Assembly (NCBI GenBank): GCA_020631905.1
Contig: JACKGQ010000001.1
Location: 421,854 to 485,853 of the forward strand
Source: Candidatus Nomurabacteria bacterium
GTDB taxonomy: Bacteria; Patescibacteriota; Saccharimonadia; Saccharimonadales; VXPC01
Length of the DNA: 64,000 nt
Direction: 5' to 3'
The notes beneath the pieces are model-generated. The model did not search any database and had not been told where the DNA came from. It saw only the letters and a program-made list of their open reading frames with translations. The position numbers and the translations under genes are program-made. Positions 42,474 through 50,970 of the stretch are shown here, one piece after another; positions within the stretch are counted from its first letter, which is position 1; each line of letters starts with the position of its first letter.

Positions 42474-44006
42474 ATGTCTACAACTATAGAAAAACCAGTC
42501 GGCGCACCTTACGACCAAGATGAAACTAGTAGTTTTGATATGAACTACACCCAAGCCGCCCCAAGGCGTGCCAATGAAATCGGTGCAGCTCGCTTATTTA
42601 GCTATAGAGTAGTTGATGGCCAGAGGGTTGAATACTTTGCAGATCGACCGACGGTTAATCGTAATACTTTTCCTATCGAAGGCCATGTCGATGTTAGAAA
42701 CTGGAATACACGCAATACCGAACACGAATTAGTCGGCATTGCAACAGTTATCGATAGCCAAGGCGAATATGCCGATGCCTATGCCAGGCTGTACGACTCG
42801 TTCCAAGACGAACTAGGCGCAGGAATCAAAGATGTAGATATTGCCAAAGCCGCCTATCAGACAGTCCTAAAAAATATCAAGTATGACTTAACAGCGACCG
42901 AGCAAACATATAAATTTGTCCGAGACAATCCCGATACTGGTGTGAGCAACAGGGTAGATCTGGGAGAATATATCGATCAGGGTTATGGTGTGTGTAACGA
43001 AATGATGCTGATGGCTGGCTGGATTCTTGGGGAAGCAGCTCAGAGAGGTCAAATGAGTAGTGGCGTCAAAGTCTCTTGCCATATTAATCAAGAAACTAAA
43101 GCGTATATGGGCGCTCACGCTTGGGTGCGAGTTACATTGCCAACTGGCGAAGTTTATATTGCCGATCCTGCCCAGCACTTTTTCGGGACGCTAGAGCAAG
43201 CACTAGAAGATAAGCAACGAGGTGAGCAGCGCTGGGAATACTTTACCGATAAAGGTGAGCGCGATCGCTACAGGGCTAAGCTGGCTGGCAAAGCAACGAC
43301 TACTCAGGTCGAAGTAACGCCAGATGCAGATCCTGATAAGCTCAAGATAATTCAGACCAATGGCCGGTTTTATGGACTCAAACGAGACGGTAAGCTAATA
43401 AGACACATGGAGCCAGTAAATTATATAGTTAAAGATGGAAAAGTAATTGTCCATCTTATGGTTAAGGAAGAAGGCAGGAACGTCGACGACGCTGCAATCT
43501 TCTGCGCTTTGCCGTTAAAAGAATTTATTGATCTTCAGCCACCAGGTGTAATGCGCGAACAAGCCGAAGCCGATTACAATAATTTTATGTCAAATACGCG
43601 CGGTAAGAGCGATACTAAAGAGGTTCCTCGGCCAGAGATTACCTCTGAGACAAAATTACAGGCCGAAATTAGAGATCAAATTGCGGATGTTGAAGCTGAG
43701 CTCGCCAAGGTAGAGGGGGAGTATCAGCAACTACAGACTATGGCCGGCAATCACTTGAATGCTTTAGAGATGGTCGGCTTATACATGGCTCGGAAACGTG
43801 ACGCACAGGCTCGTGATGACGGCCAAATGTCTAACGATATGGAGAGAGAAGCCGGAAAATACTACCGACAATTACCTAGGGAATTGCAAAATCAGTGGCA
43901 GAGATTCTGGAATCTTTCGACCGAGATCGAAGCGTATCAACAGCGAATAGTTGAGCTACGAGCTCAATATAAAAGTAGCGGCCTAATTGCGAGTGTACCC
44001 AGATAG
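42474..44006 (+). CDS. Transglutaminase-like cysteine-protease-fold protein with a C-terminal coiled-coil (510 aa)
   Basis: The Cys-His-Asp triad has family-typical context and spacing: GYGVCNEMMLMAGW (C174, nt 42993-42995), GAHAWVRV (H215), YIADPA (D231). The C-terminal ~130 aa are coiled-coil-like. Confidence 0.72.
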   Translation: MSTTIEKPVGAPYDQDETSSFDMNYTQAAPRRANEIGAARLFSYRVVDGQRVEYFADRPTVNRNTFPIEGHVDVRNWNTRNTEHELVGIATVIDSQGEYADAYARLYDSFQDELGAGIKDVDIAKAAYQTVLKNIKYDLTATEQTYKFVRDNPDTGVSNRVDLGEYIDQGYGVCNEMMLMAGWILGEAAQRGQMSSGVKVSCHINQETKAYMGAHAWVRVTLPTGEVYIADPAQHFFGTLEQALEDKQRGEQRWEYFTDKGERDRYRAKLAGKATTTQVEVTPDADPDKLKIIQTNGRFYGLKRDGKLIRHMEPVNYIVKDGKVIVHLMVKEEGRNVDDAAIFCALPLKEFIDLQPPGVMREQAEADYNNFMSNTRGKSDTKEVPRPEITSETKLQAEIRDQIADVEAELAKVEGEYQQLQTMAGNHLNALEMVGLYMARKRDAQARDDGQMSNDMEREAGKYYRQLPRELQNQWQRFWNLSTEIEAYQQRIVELRAQYKSSGLIASVPR

Positions 44007-44013
44007 CCGGTGA

Positions 44014-44286
44014 CTATTCGACGATAACTTCTGTGCGTGGAGCGGTTTTGCCGGTGAAACGACGAACGTTGCGAGTGTTGAACTTAACTACACCGTCTTT
44101 AGCGGCATGAATCGAGAAATTACGGGCCATGTAAGTGCCTTCGCCTGAACGTTTGGTAGCGCCTACCTGACGAACGATGATATCGCCAGTTTTGACAGCC
44201 TGGCCAGCAAAACGCTTAACACCAAGCCGTTTACCAGCGGTTTTTTTGGTGTTTTTGGTACTTCCTTGGCCTTTAACCTTTGACAT
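44014..44286 (-). CDS. rpmA: 50S ribosomal protein L27
   Basis: KGQGSTKN..K.AGKRLGVKRFAGQAV..GDIIVRQ.G pattern. 90 aa. Confidence 0.92.
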   Translation of the reverse strand: MSKVKGQGSTKNTKKTAGKRLGVKRFAGQAVKTGDIIVRQVGATKRSGEGTYMARNFSIHAAKDGVVKFNTRNVRRFTGKTAPRTEVIVE

Positions 44287-44298
44287 CGACTTACTTCC

Positions 44299-45567
44299 TT
44301 ATTTTCTTACTAAAACTAATAATTCTCGCGCAACAACTTGGCCTGGCCTGTGGTAGATCAGATCTTGCCGACGAGCATGTTTAAAATCTAGCCGATTATA
44401 GCCGAATTCCTCGAGAGAGTCAAGTAGTGGCAAGTGCTTGAAACTGGAGCTTAGATCTTGGAGCTTAGATCTTGGAGCACTTACTGCCCAGGCAGGGACA
44501 GCTATGCACATCCGAGTGCCAGATCTGGTTTGGGAGGCTAAGTTGCGCAAGAATTGGCTAAGCAGGTGATTTACATTGGTTATGTTTTGTTCGAGCTGTT
44601 CCAGCTCGGGCAGCTTAAAGTAGGCTTCGCCAAGAAATGTCTCGCAGGCAACAGCGCCGATCTCTGGTTTGGCTGAAACCGGTTGGTTAACATCTTTTAA
44701 GAAATCTAGCCAGTTAGCCGAACAGGCATCAGCAGGTTCGTAAGTTGTGTGGCCACCTTCAGGTACAATCGATGATGTTAACTTTTTGTTGGCCCAGATG
44801 CCATTGTCGGCGGCCATCTTAACCATTCGCGGCTCAAGGTCGGTGTTCGCCCTATAGGCTAGACCCATTAAGTACGCTTCGATGTTTATGACGCCAGTAC
44901 CACAAAAAGGATCAAGGAGGTATTCGTCGGATAAATCTTCGAGTTTAGGGCAGGCAAGATTGATGATGATTTGGGCTAGTTTGGGTGGCAACATGCCGAC
45001 TTTTGCGTCGCGGGCTGGACGGGAACGATCGCGGTAAGTATAGGCGTCGAGGTCTTGGATAGCGACAGTTTGGGCAATGATTGTCTGATTATCCCGCCGA
45101 ACAAGACAAAGCTCCCAGCCTTTCGAGTGGAGTTTGTTGTGCAGAACCTGAGCGTCGTTTAATGTTTGGCTATAGGTTGGGACAAGCCGGACGTTTCGTC
45201 CGGTACGTTTAACTGCTTTTTTGATGTTTAGGCCAAGTTTTTCGATCTGTTTCTGGCCAAAATCTAGACCGTAAACAGATACACCAATCGATAATTTTCC
45301 TTCGGGCCACTGCTGCACATGTTCGACGCAGGCAACAGCCAAGAACTTTTCTATATCGGCTAATTTAGTGGAGTCGAGAACAGTTAAGACTTTGGCAAGT
45401 TTAGTACTACCACCGAGTCGATAAAATGGAACTTGTCCGGACTCGATGTCGAGCAGGGCAATTTGACCGAATGTATCAGCGATCGCCGCGTCTCCAAAAA
45501 GGCTCTCGAGCTCGGCGAGGCTAAGTTTTGGTTGTCGACCCAAAAATATAATTGTTTGGTAGTTCAC
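44299..45567 (-). CDS. Class I SAM-dependent methyltransferase, Trm11/UPF0020-like (putative RNA guanine-N2 MTase)
   Basis: MLPPKLAQIIINLA followed by LDPFCGTGV (SAM motif I). I prefer the GTG at 45567, which gives MNYQTIIFLGRQPKLSLAELE. The ORF track extends to a TTG at 45642. Confidence 0.7.
   Translation of the reverse strand: MNYQTIIFLGRQPKLSLAELESLFGDAAIADTFGQIALLDIESGQVPFYRLGGSTKLAKVLTVLDSTKLADIEKFLAVACVEHVQQWPEGKLSIGVSVYGLDFGQKQIEKLGLNIKKAVKRTGRNVRLVPTYSQTLNDAQVLHNKLHSKGWELCLVRRDNQTIIAQTVAIQDLDAYTYRDRSRPARDAKVGMLPPKLAQIIINLACPKLEDLSDEYLLDPFCGTGVINIEAYLMGLAYRANTDLEPRMVKMAADNGIWANKKLTSSIVPEGGHTTYEPADACSANWLDFLKDVNQPVSAKPEIGAVACETFLGEAYFKLPELEQLEQNITNVNHLLSQFLRNLASQTRSGTRMCIAVPAWAVSAPRSKLQDLSSSFKHLPLLDSLEEFGYNRLDFKHARRQDLIYHRPGQVVARELLVLVRK
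44446..44480. repeat. Heptamer array inside the methyltransferase CDS (perfect 14-bp unit repeated twice)
   Basis: GGAGCTT AGATCTT GGAGCTT AGATCTT GGAGCAC. Confidence 0.9.
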
Positions 45568-45610
45568 TTCAAATAAGTATAATTGACTGCAGTCGAATAA
45601 GGAATCAAAC

Positions 45611-46666
45611 TTGAAAAGCTCCAGAATTAAACTATTTATCAACCTGTTGACCTTTGTTGCACTTGGAGCATTGATATTTTTCTCGAGAGCTCAAATTAGC
45701 GATGCCCTACATCAACTAAAAGAACTGAGTGTTGGCTTTTTGGTGCTACTCGTGCCGACTCAGCTGGTTAGCTACTACGCAATCGCCCAACTATACTATT
45801 CTTACTTTAAGGCCACCAATACGCTGGAAAAACTAACTCTTAAAGAAATGTATTGGATTAGTTTAGAGCTAAACTTTGTGAACTGTGCATTTCCGAGCGG
45901 TGGCTTGAGCGGCTTCTCGTTTATGGGTTTACGTCTGCAACCCTATGGCATACCGGTGGCGGCGACCACACTCTCGCAGATAATTCGTTATTTTATGACT
46001 TTTATAAGTTTCTTGGTGCTATTAGCCGCAGGCACGCTTTTTTTGGCTTTTGGTAACCATGTAAACGGTATTGTCTTGTTGGTAAGTAGCGGAGTCTTTT
46101 TTGTGACGGTAACCGGCACCTTGATTGTCGTCTATATTATTAGTAGCGAACATCGGATTAAGTCGTTCATGCTGTCTTTACCAAAGACAATCAACTGGAT
46201 TCTACGGAAAGTTGGTCGGAGGTCTGGGTCGTACTCGATTAATCTTAATAGGATTGAGCGAGTTTTTTCGGAGTTACATAGAGATTACTTACTACTAAAA
46301 AAGGACCCAAGCATACTCAAGCGACCATTCTTGTTTGGGCTAATGACAAACGCATGCGAGGTCCTGACAGTTTACTGGGTATTCTTAGCGTTCGGTTCGC
46401 CTGTAAATCCTGGAGCAGTAATTTTGGCTTATGCAGTGGCCAACATGGCATCGGTGATTTCAATTTTGCCGGGAGCTGTTGGCATGTATGAGTCGCTAAT
46501 GGTTTATGTGGCAGCAGCGGCTGGTTTGTCGCGGGGGTTATCGATCTCGGCAACTTTAGTATACCGAGTGTTTATGCTGTTAATTTTCGTACCTTTTGGA
46601 GCAGTTCTTTATCAAATGTCAGCAAATCGACGCAAAACGCAAAATACCCATACTCTAGATGGATAA
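45611..46666 (+). CDS. Polytopic membrane protein, LPG-synthase-TM / UPF0104 (flippase-like) family
   Basis: Eight or so TM helices. The N-terminal pattern (K.........L.....L..F......I...L) is typical of the family. TTG start with an AAGGA RBS. Confidence 0.6.
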   Translation: MKSSRIKLFINLLTFVALGALIFFSRAQISDALHQLKELSVGFLVLLVPTQLVSYYAIAQLYYSYFKATNTLEKLTLKEMYWISLELNFVNCAFPSGGLSGFSFMGLRLQPYGIPVAATTLSQIIRYFMTFISFLVLLAAGTLFLAFGNHVNGIVLLVSSGVFFVTVTGTLIVVYIISSEHRIKSFMLSLPKTINWILRKVGRRSGSYSINLNRIERVFSELHRDYLLLKKDPSILKRPFLFGLMTNACEVLTVYWVFLAFGSPVNPGAVILAYAVANMASVISILPGAVGMYESLMVYVAAAAGLSRGLSISATLVYRVFMLLIFVPFGAVLYQMSANRRKTQNTHTLDG

Positions 46667-47765
46667 CATAGTTTTGAGCCCGGCAGATTTTGTGGCGCTG
46701 ACCAATCAGACGCTTGAGTTTGCCATGCCTTTTGTAACCATCGAAGGCGAACTAGCCGAATTTAAGATTCGAAAAAACCAGTGGGTATATTTTAAAGTAA
46801 AAGATGACTACGCCAGCGTGGACTGTTTCGGAACAGTTTTTATGCTGCCAGGGCCGCTAGAAGACGGGATGATGATAAGAGTCAGTGGCCGCCCCAGACT
46901 ACATGAACGATTTGGCTTTAGTTTTTCGGTGCAGTCGATTATGCCGGCAGGCGAGGGAAGTCTAAAAAAAGCTTTTGATTTACTCAAAGCCAAGCTAACC
47001 ACCGAAGGCTTGTTCGATACACTTCGTAAGCGTAGTTTGCCGTATCCTCCAGACACAATTGGAGTCGTTACATCGGCCGAAGGAGCGGCGATTGGTGATT
47101 TTTGTAAGGTTTTGCAAGCACGTTGGCCGTATGCTCAAGTTATTTTAAGAGATGCTTTAGTCCAAGGCGAAAAGGCTCCAGATTCGGTAGTCGCTGCCAT
47201 TGATGCTTTTAATCGAGATAGTCAACTTGCGGATGTACTGGTGATAATTCGTGGCGGCGGCAGTTCCGAAGACCTAAGCGCGTTTAACGATGAAAGAGTT
47301 GTTCGAGCCGTAGCTGGCAGTCGGATTCCTACGATGGTCGCCATTGGCCATGAACAAGACGAGTCGCTTGCCGAACTTGCGGCTGATGCTCGTGCTAGCA
47401 CACCAAGTAATGCAGCCGAAATGCTAACACCGAGCATAGTTTCAGAAAAGCAAATTTTCGCTGAATATGTAAAATTCCACCGAACGGTATTGAGCCAACT
47501 CAAAGACAGACTAAAGCTGGAGTTGTCGACATTTAGACAAAGATTGACCAACAGTAATCGTCGGATACTTGATGCCGAGACCTACACGCTGCAGGCATAT
47601 CGCAAATCTTTGCAACTACTTGACCCCAAACATGTTTTAAAACGTGGCTATGTTATAGTCCGGAGTCGAGGCAAGTTAATTAAAATGAGTCACCAGCTAA
47701 ATAACGGACAAGCTATTAGCTTGCAGTTTTATGATGGCCAGAAAGATGCAATAATAAAGCCATGA
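46659..47765 (+). CDS. xseA: Exodeoxyribonuclease VII large subunit
   Basis: N-terminal OB fold, then VITSAEGAAIGDF and IRGGGSSEDLSAFNDE motifs. Confidence 0.9.
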   Translation: MDNIVLSPADFVALTNQTLEFAMPFVTIEGELAEFKIRKNQWVYFKVKDDYASVDCFGTVFMLPGPLEDGMMIRVSGRPRLHERFGFSFSVQSIMPAGEGSLKKAFDLLKAKLTTEGLFDTLRKRSLPYPPDTIGVVTSAEGAAIGDFCKVLQARWPYAQVILRDALVQGEKAPDSVVAAIDAFNRDSQLADVLVIIRGGGSSEDLSAFNDERVVRAVAGSRIPTMVAIGHEQDESLAELAADARASTPSNAAEMLTPSIVSEKQIFAEYVKFHRTVLSQLKDRLKLELSTFRQRLTNSNRRILDAETYTLQAYRKSLQLLDPKHVLKRGYVIVRSRGKLIKMSHQLNNGQAISLQFYDGQKDAIIKP

Positions 47766-47941
47766 CAAAACGGAGTTATGCAGAAATTAAAAAAGAGCTC
47801 GAAGCCGTCTTAGACTGGTTTGAATCTGCGGATATTGATTTGGATGAAGCAATTGCAAAGCACGACCAAGCTCAACGCTTAATCGACGAATTAGATGCAT
47901 ACCTAAAGCAGACCAGTAAAAAATTGATCCAGAAATCATGA
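47762..47941 (+). CDS. xseB: Exodeoxyribonuclease VII small subunit (59 aa; below the ORF-track cut-off)
   Basis: My own translation is MTKRSYAEIKKELEAVLDWFESADIDLDEAIAKHDQAQRLIDELDAYLKQTSKKLIQKS. ATGA overlaps with both neighbouring genes. Canonical position after xseA. Confidence 0.8.
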   Translation: MTKRSYAEIKKELEAVLDWFESADIDLDEAIAKHDQAQRLIDELDAYLKQTSKKLIQKS

Positions 47942-48420
47942 TCTATATTTTGTTAACGTTAGCAGGCCTAACTATTTGTTTCGCTTTCGTATTATTAATT
48001 GGGGCACCATATTTACCGACCGGAAAAAAACAGATTGAGCAGGCTTTAACGTTGTTAGATTTGCGGCCTGGTCAGACTTTATACGAGCTGGGTGCAGGGA
48101 GCGGGGGCTTGACTTTAGCTGCCGCTAAGCAAGGTATTCATGTAACTGCTTACGAAGTTAATCCAATCTTGGTGTTGGTACTCAAGTGGCGATGTCGCAA
48201 GTTGAAGCATGTAAATATAGTTAATAAAAATTTCTGGAAAGCAAACCTGCAGCCTGCAGATGGCATTTATGTATTTTTACTCGACAGATTTATGAGTGCT
48301 TTGGATGTCAAGATAAGTAAGCAGGCAAAAGCCGGAACAAAACTAGTTAGCTATACATTTAAGATTCGAGATAAAAAGCCTGCCAAAACGCTTGGACCAA
48401 TGTACTTATATGAATATTAG
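47938..48420 (+). CDS. Small class I SAM-dependent methyltransferase with an N-terminal TM helix
   Basis: LYELGAGSGGLTLAAAKQG (motif I) and acidic E in TAYEVN (motif II). Confidence 0.7.
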   Translation: MIYILLTLAGLTICFAFVLLIGAPYLPTGKKQIEQALTLLDLRPGQTLYELGAGSGGLTLAAAKQGIHVTAYEVNPILVLVLKWRCRKLKHVNIVNKNFWKANLQPADGIYVFLLDRFMSALDVKISKQAKAGTKLVSYTFKIRDKKPAKTLGPMYLYEY

Positions 48421-48464
48421 ACTACTGGTCTGCCAAAAGAGCTTATGGTAAGATATGCTCTAAG

Positions 48465-49133
48465 ATGAAGCGACTCAACGATTCCAGCCAGGGTAGCGTA
48501 CAGGTTATTCTACTTATTCTGTCAACGAGTCTACTGGTCTTTTCGTTAATTTTTGGCTTTTGGGCATTTGCAAGTCGCCAAGATTATAAAAATAATGTCG
48601 ACAAAAAAATCGATGCAGCAGTCGAATCCGCAAAAGCCGACCAGAAGCTAGAAGACCAAGCTAAATACGACGAAGAAGCGAAGTCGCCATATACTAGCTA
48701 TACTTCTAGTGAGAGCCTTGGGTCTGTAGAGTTAACTTACCCAAAAACTTGGGACGCCTACATAGTTGAAGACGCCGACAGTAGTAATAAACCGGTTGAT
48801 GCATATTTTAACCCAGGCTTTGTACCTGGAGTTAGTACTGGCTCATCGTATGCATTAAGGTTTGAGATTATCGACTCAACTATCGACAAAGAACTTAGTC
48901 CATTCAACAGCAAAGCTACAACTGGGTCGGTGACCGTCAAGGCTTATCGGCCAGCCGCTGTCAAAAATGCTCGAGCTGGCTACCGTATTGATGGAGAAAT
49001 CTTTACGAATCGCCAAGGTAGCTTGGTTCTAATTCCTGTACGCGACAAAACACTCGAAATCTGGACCGAGCAAGAGAAATACGTCAAAGATTTTGAAAGT
49101 ATTATTTTAGCCAATTTGAGCTACGTGCCGTAA
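48465..49133 (+). CDS. Hypothetical membrane-anchored exported protein (222 aa)
   Basis: A single N-terminal TM helix followed by a beta-rich domain. No family recognised. Confidence 0.65.
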   Translation: MKRLNDSSQGSVQVILLILSTSLLVFSLIFGFWAFASRQDYKNNVDKKIDAAVESAKADQKLEDQAKYDEEAKSPYTSYTSSESLGSVELTYPKTWDAYIVEDADSSNKPVDAYFNPGFVPGVSTGSSYALRFEIIDSTIDKELSPFNSKATTGSVTVKAYRPAAVKNARAGYRIDGEIFTNRQGSLVLIPVRDKTLEIWTEQEKYVKDFESIILANLSYVP

Positions 49134-49143
49134 AGTCTTATGT

Positions 49144-49869
49144 TTGCAGACAGAATCTAAAGGCTTTAGAATAAATCTCAGCATGGAGGGTAACTTGTAT
49201 ACGCTAGGTGGCGTTCACAAATCTGAGGGTATTTATTTTTCGTTGATTTCTGAACTGCGAAATCCTATCTTAGAACTGAAACTTTTAGCAGAGGCTAGAG
49301 GCGATTTACAGGCAGTAACCTTAGCCAAGCAAACACTCGAGCTATTTGACGGCTTTTTATTTTTGAACGATGTTACATTTTCTGGCGATCAGCTTCAATT
49401 GGTACCGTGTAATTTGGCATCGGAAACCGATGATATTTTGCATGGTTTGGAGCCACTTGCGCGAATCTATGACATTGGCTTGAAGCGTTCTAGTACAAAA
49501 GCTCGCGTTAATGCGGCTCTAGATAAACAAGCATATGCACACGCCACTCACGGTTTGGTATATGGGGCGATTACTAGTCTGCAAAACAAACCAGGTAGTA
49601 TAATTCAAATTCATACCAGCGGCGGCAATACCCCCAGTCTAAGAGTATTTTCGCCAGATTTAGAGCATGCAATCGAACCTCAAGCATCTGGTAGACTCAA
49701 ACATATGCCATTACCTCAGAGTGATGGGATCGGCAGCGGCTTTACTTTAGCGAAACTACTATTTCAGCAGCTGGGTAGTAAACTGAAATACACGAATAAT
49801 CAGTTTGGTCATGGGGTGAGTGCTGGATTTATGCCAACCAAACAACTTTCGCTGGTAGATATAATTTAA
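49144..49869 (+). CDS. Histidine-kinase-like protein lacking the phospho-acceptor His (degenerate DHp + HATPase-like)
   Basis: The H-box-like FSLISELRNPIL has Ser where SHELRTPL has His. The C-terminal GIGSGFTLAKLLFQQLGSKL resembles the G2 box. TTG start. Confidence 0.55.
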   Translation: MQTESKGFRINLSMEGNLYTLGGVHKSEGIYFSLISELRNPILELKLLAEARGDLQAVTLAKQTLELFDGFLFLNDVTFSGDQLQLVPCNLASETDDILHGLEPLARIYDIGLKRSSTKARVNAALDKQAYAHATHGLVYGAITSLQNKPGSIIQIHTSGGNTPSLRVFSPDLEHAIEPQASGRLKHMPLPQSDGIGSGFTLAKLLFQQLGSKLKYTNNQFGHGVSAGFMPTKQLSLVDII

Positions 49870-49871
49870 GT

Positions 49872-50246
49872 ATGAAATTACTGGTAGTCGATCAGAGTAC
49901 GGTGGTGCGCAGTTTCTGCTCTAAAACTATCGAGGAACTTGGGCATCGGGCATATACCGCCAGTAATAGTCATCTGGCAATAAAGCTCTTGGATGAAAAT
50001 ATAATTGATGGCTGTATTATCAATGCCCATCTACCCGGCAACAGTGGACTTGAACTGATCTATGAGATGCGTAGCTATAAGGATTTGGCAGACCTACCAA
50101 TCACGCTTATGGCAGAAGATAAGATCGCTCGAGATTTCGCTATCCAACTCGATAAACTAAAAGTAGTAACAATAATTCAGAGATCGGAATTATCGGAGTC
50201 GACCTTAGCTAGGGTTGTAGCAGTAATGCAGAATCGGGCAGCATGA
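49872..50246 (+). CDS. Pseudo-receiver domain protein (phospho-acceptor Asp replaced by Asn)
   Basis: Receiver-fold pattern with VVDQ in place of DD, IINAHLPG in place of LLDxxMPG, LMAE in place of MLTA, and IQRS in place of TKP. Confidence 0.6.
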   Translation: MKLLVVDQSTVVRSFCSKTIEELGHRAYTASNSHLAIKLLDENIIDGCIINAHLPGNSGLELIYEMRSYKDLADLPITLMAEDKIARDFAIQLDKLKVVTIIQRSELSESTLARVVAVMQNRAA

Positions 50247-50917
50247 ATTACGTCGTAGACAAGGCGATAGTGCTTGGTAGAATTAACTACGGCGAGGCCG
50301 ACAGGATAGCCACATTAATTTGTGAGCAGACAGGTAAGGTGACAGTCTTAGCAAAAGGTGTTCGGCGGCCAAAAAGCAAACTCGCCGGCGGTTTAGAAAT
50401 TTTTAATATCAACGAAATTACCTATATTCCGGGCAAAAAAGATATTTCAACCTTGGTCTCTTCGCGTTTACAGAAACCCCACCACAAGCTTGTGCAAGAT
50501 TTTACTGCTAGTCAGAAAGTATTCGAGGCCTTTAAGTGGTTGAATGGTCATCTAGAGGCTGGCACAGGGGCGGAATACTATAGCTTGCTGGCAGGTATGT
50601 TGGAGTTGGCCGAATCGAACCCTAATTTAGCGATGATCTGGTTCTACATGCGAGCGCTAGAGCAGTCTGGCCACAGCATAAATCCGTTTCATGATCCTAG
50701 TGGCAACAAACTAACCTCTGCCCAAACCTATGCCTTCGATTACGACTCATCAGTATTTGTACCAAAAACCGATGGGGAATATAGTCAAGAAGATATAAAG
50801 CTGTTACGACTAGCCTTGGGTTTGAGTATCGAAGATTTTGCGCGAATAGGTTTAAGCGATAAACAAGCTGAGCGAATTCTGCTCTTAATTAATCGATCAC
50901 TTCAACTCAACTTTTGA
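50243..50917 (+). CDS. recO: DNA repair protein RecO
   Basis: N-terminal OB-fold pattern (A.VL.R..YGEADRI.TL....GK...LAKG.RR.KSK). Confidence 0.85.
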   Translation: MNYVVDKAIVLGRINYGEADRIATLICEQTGKVTVLAKGVRRPKSKLAGGLEIFNINEITYIPGKKDISTLVSSRLQKPHHKLVQDFTASQKVFEAFKWLNGHLEAGTGAEYYSLLAGMLELAESNPNLAMIWFYMRALEQSGHSINPFHDPSGNKLTSAQTYAFDYDSSVFVPKTDGEYSQEDIKLLRLALGLSIEDFARIGLSDKQAERILLLINRSLQLNF

Positions 50918-50970
50918 GTAGCCCATTTAGCGCTAGAGTTATCGATTGCAAACCGGTATACTTTGGTGTA

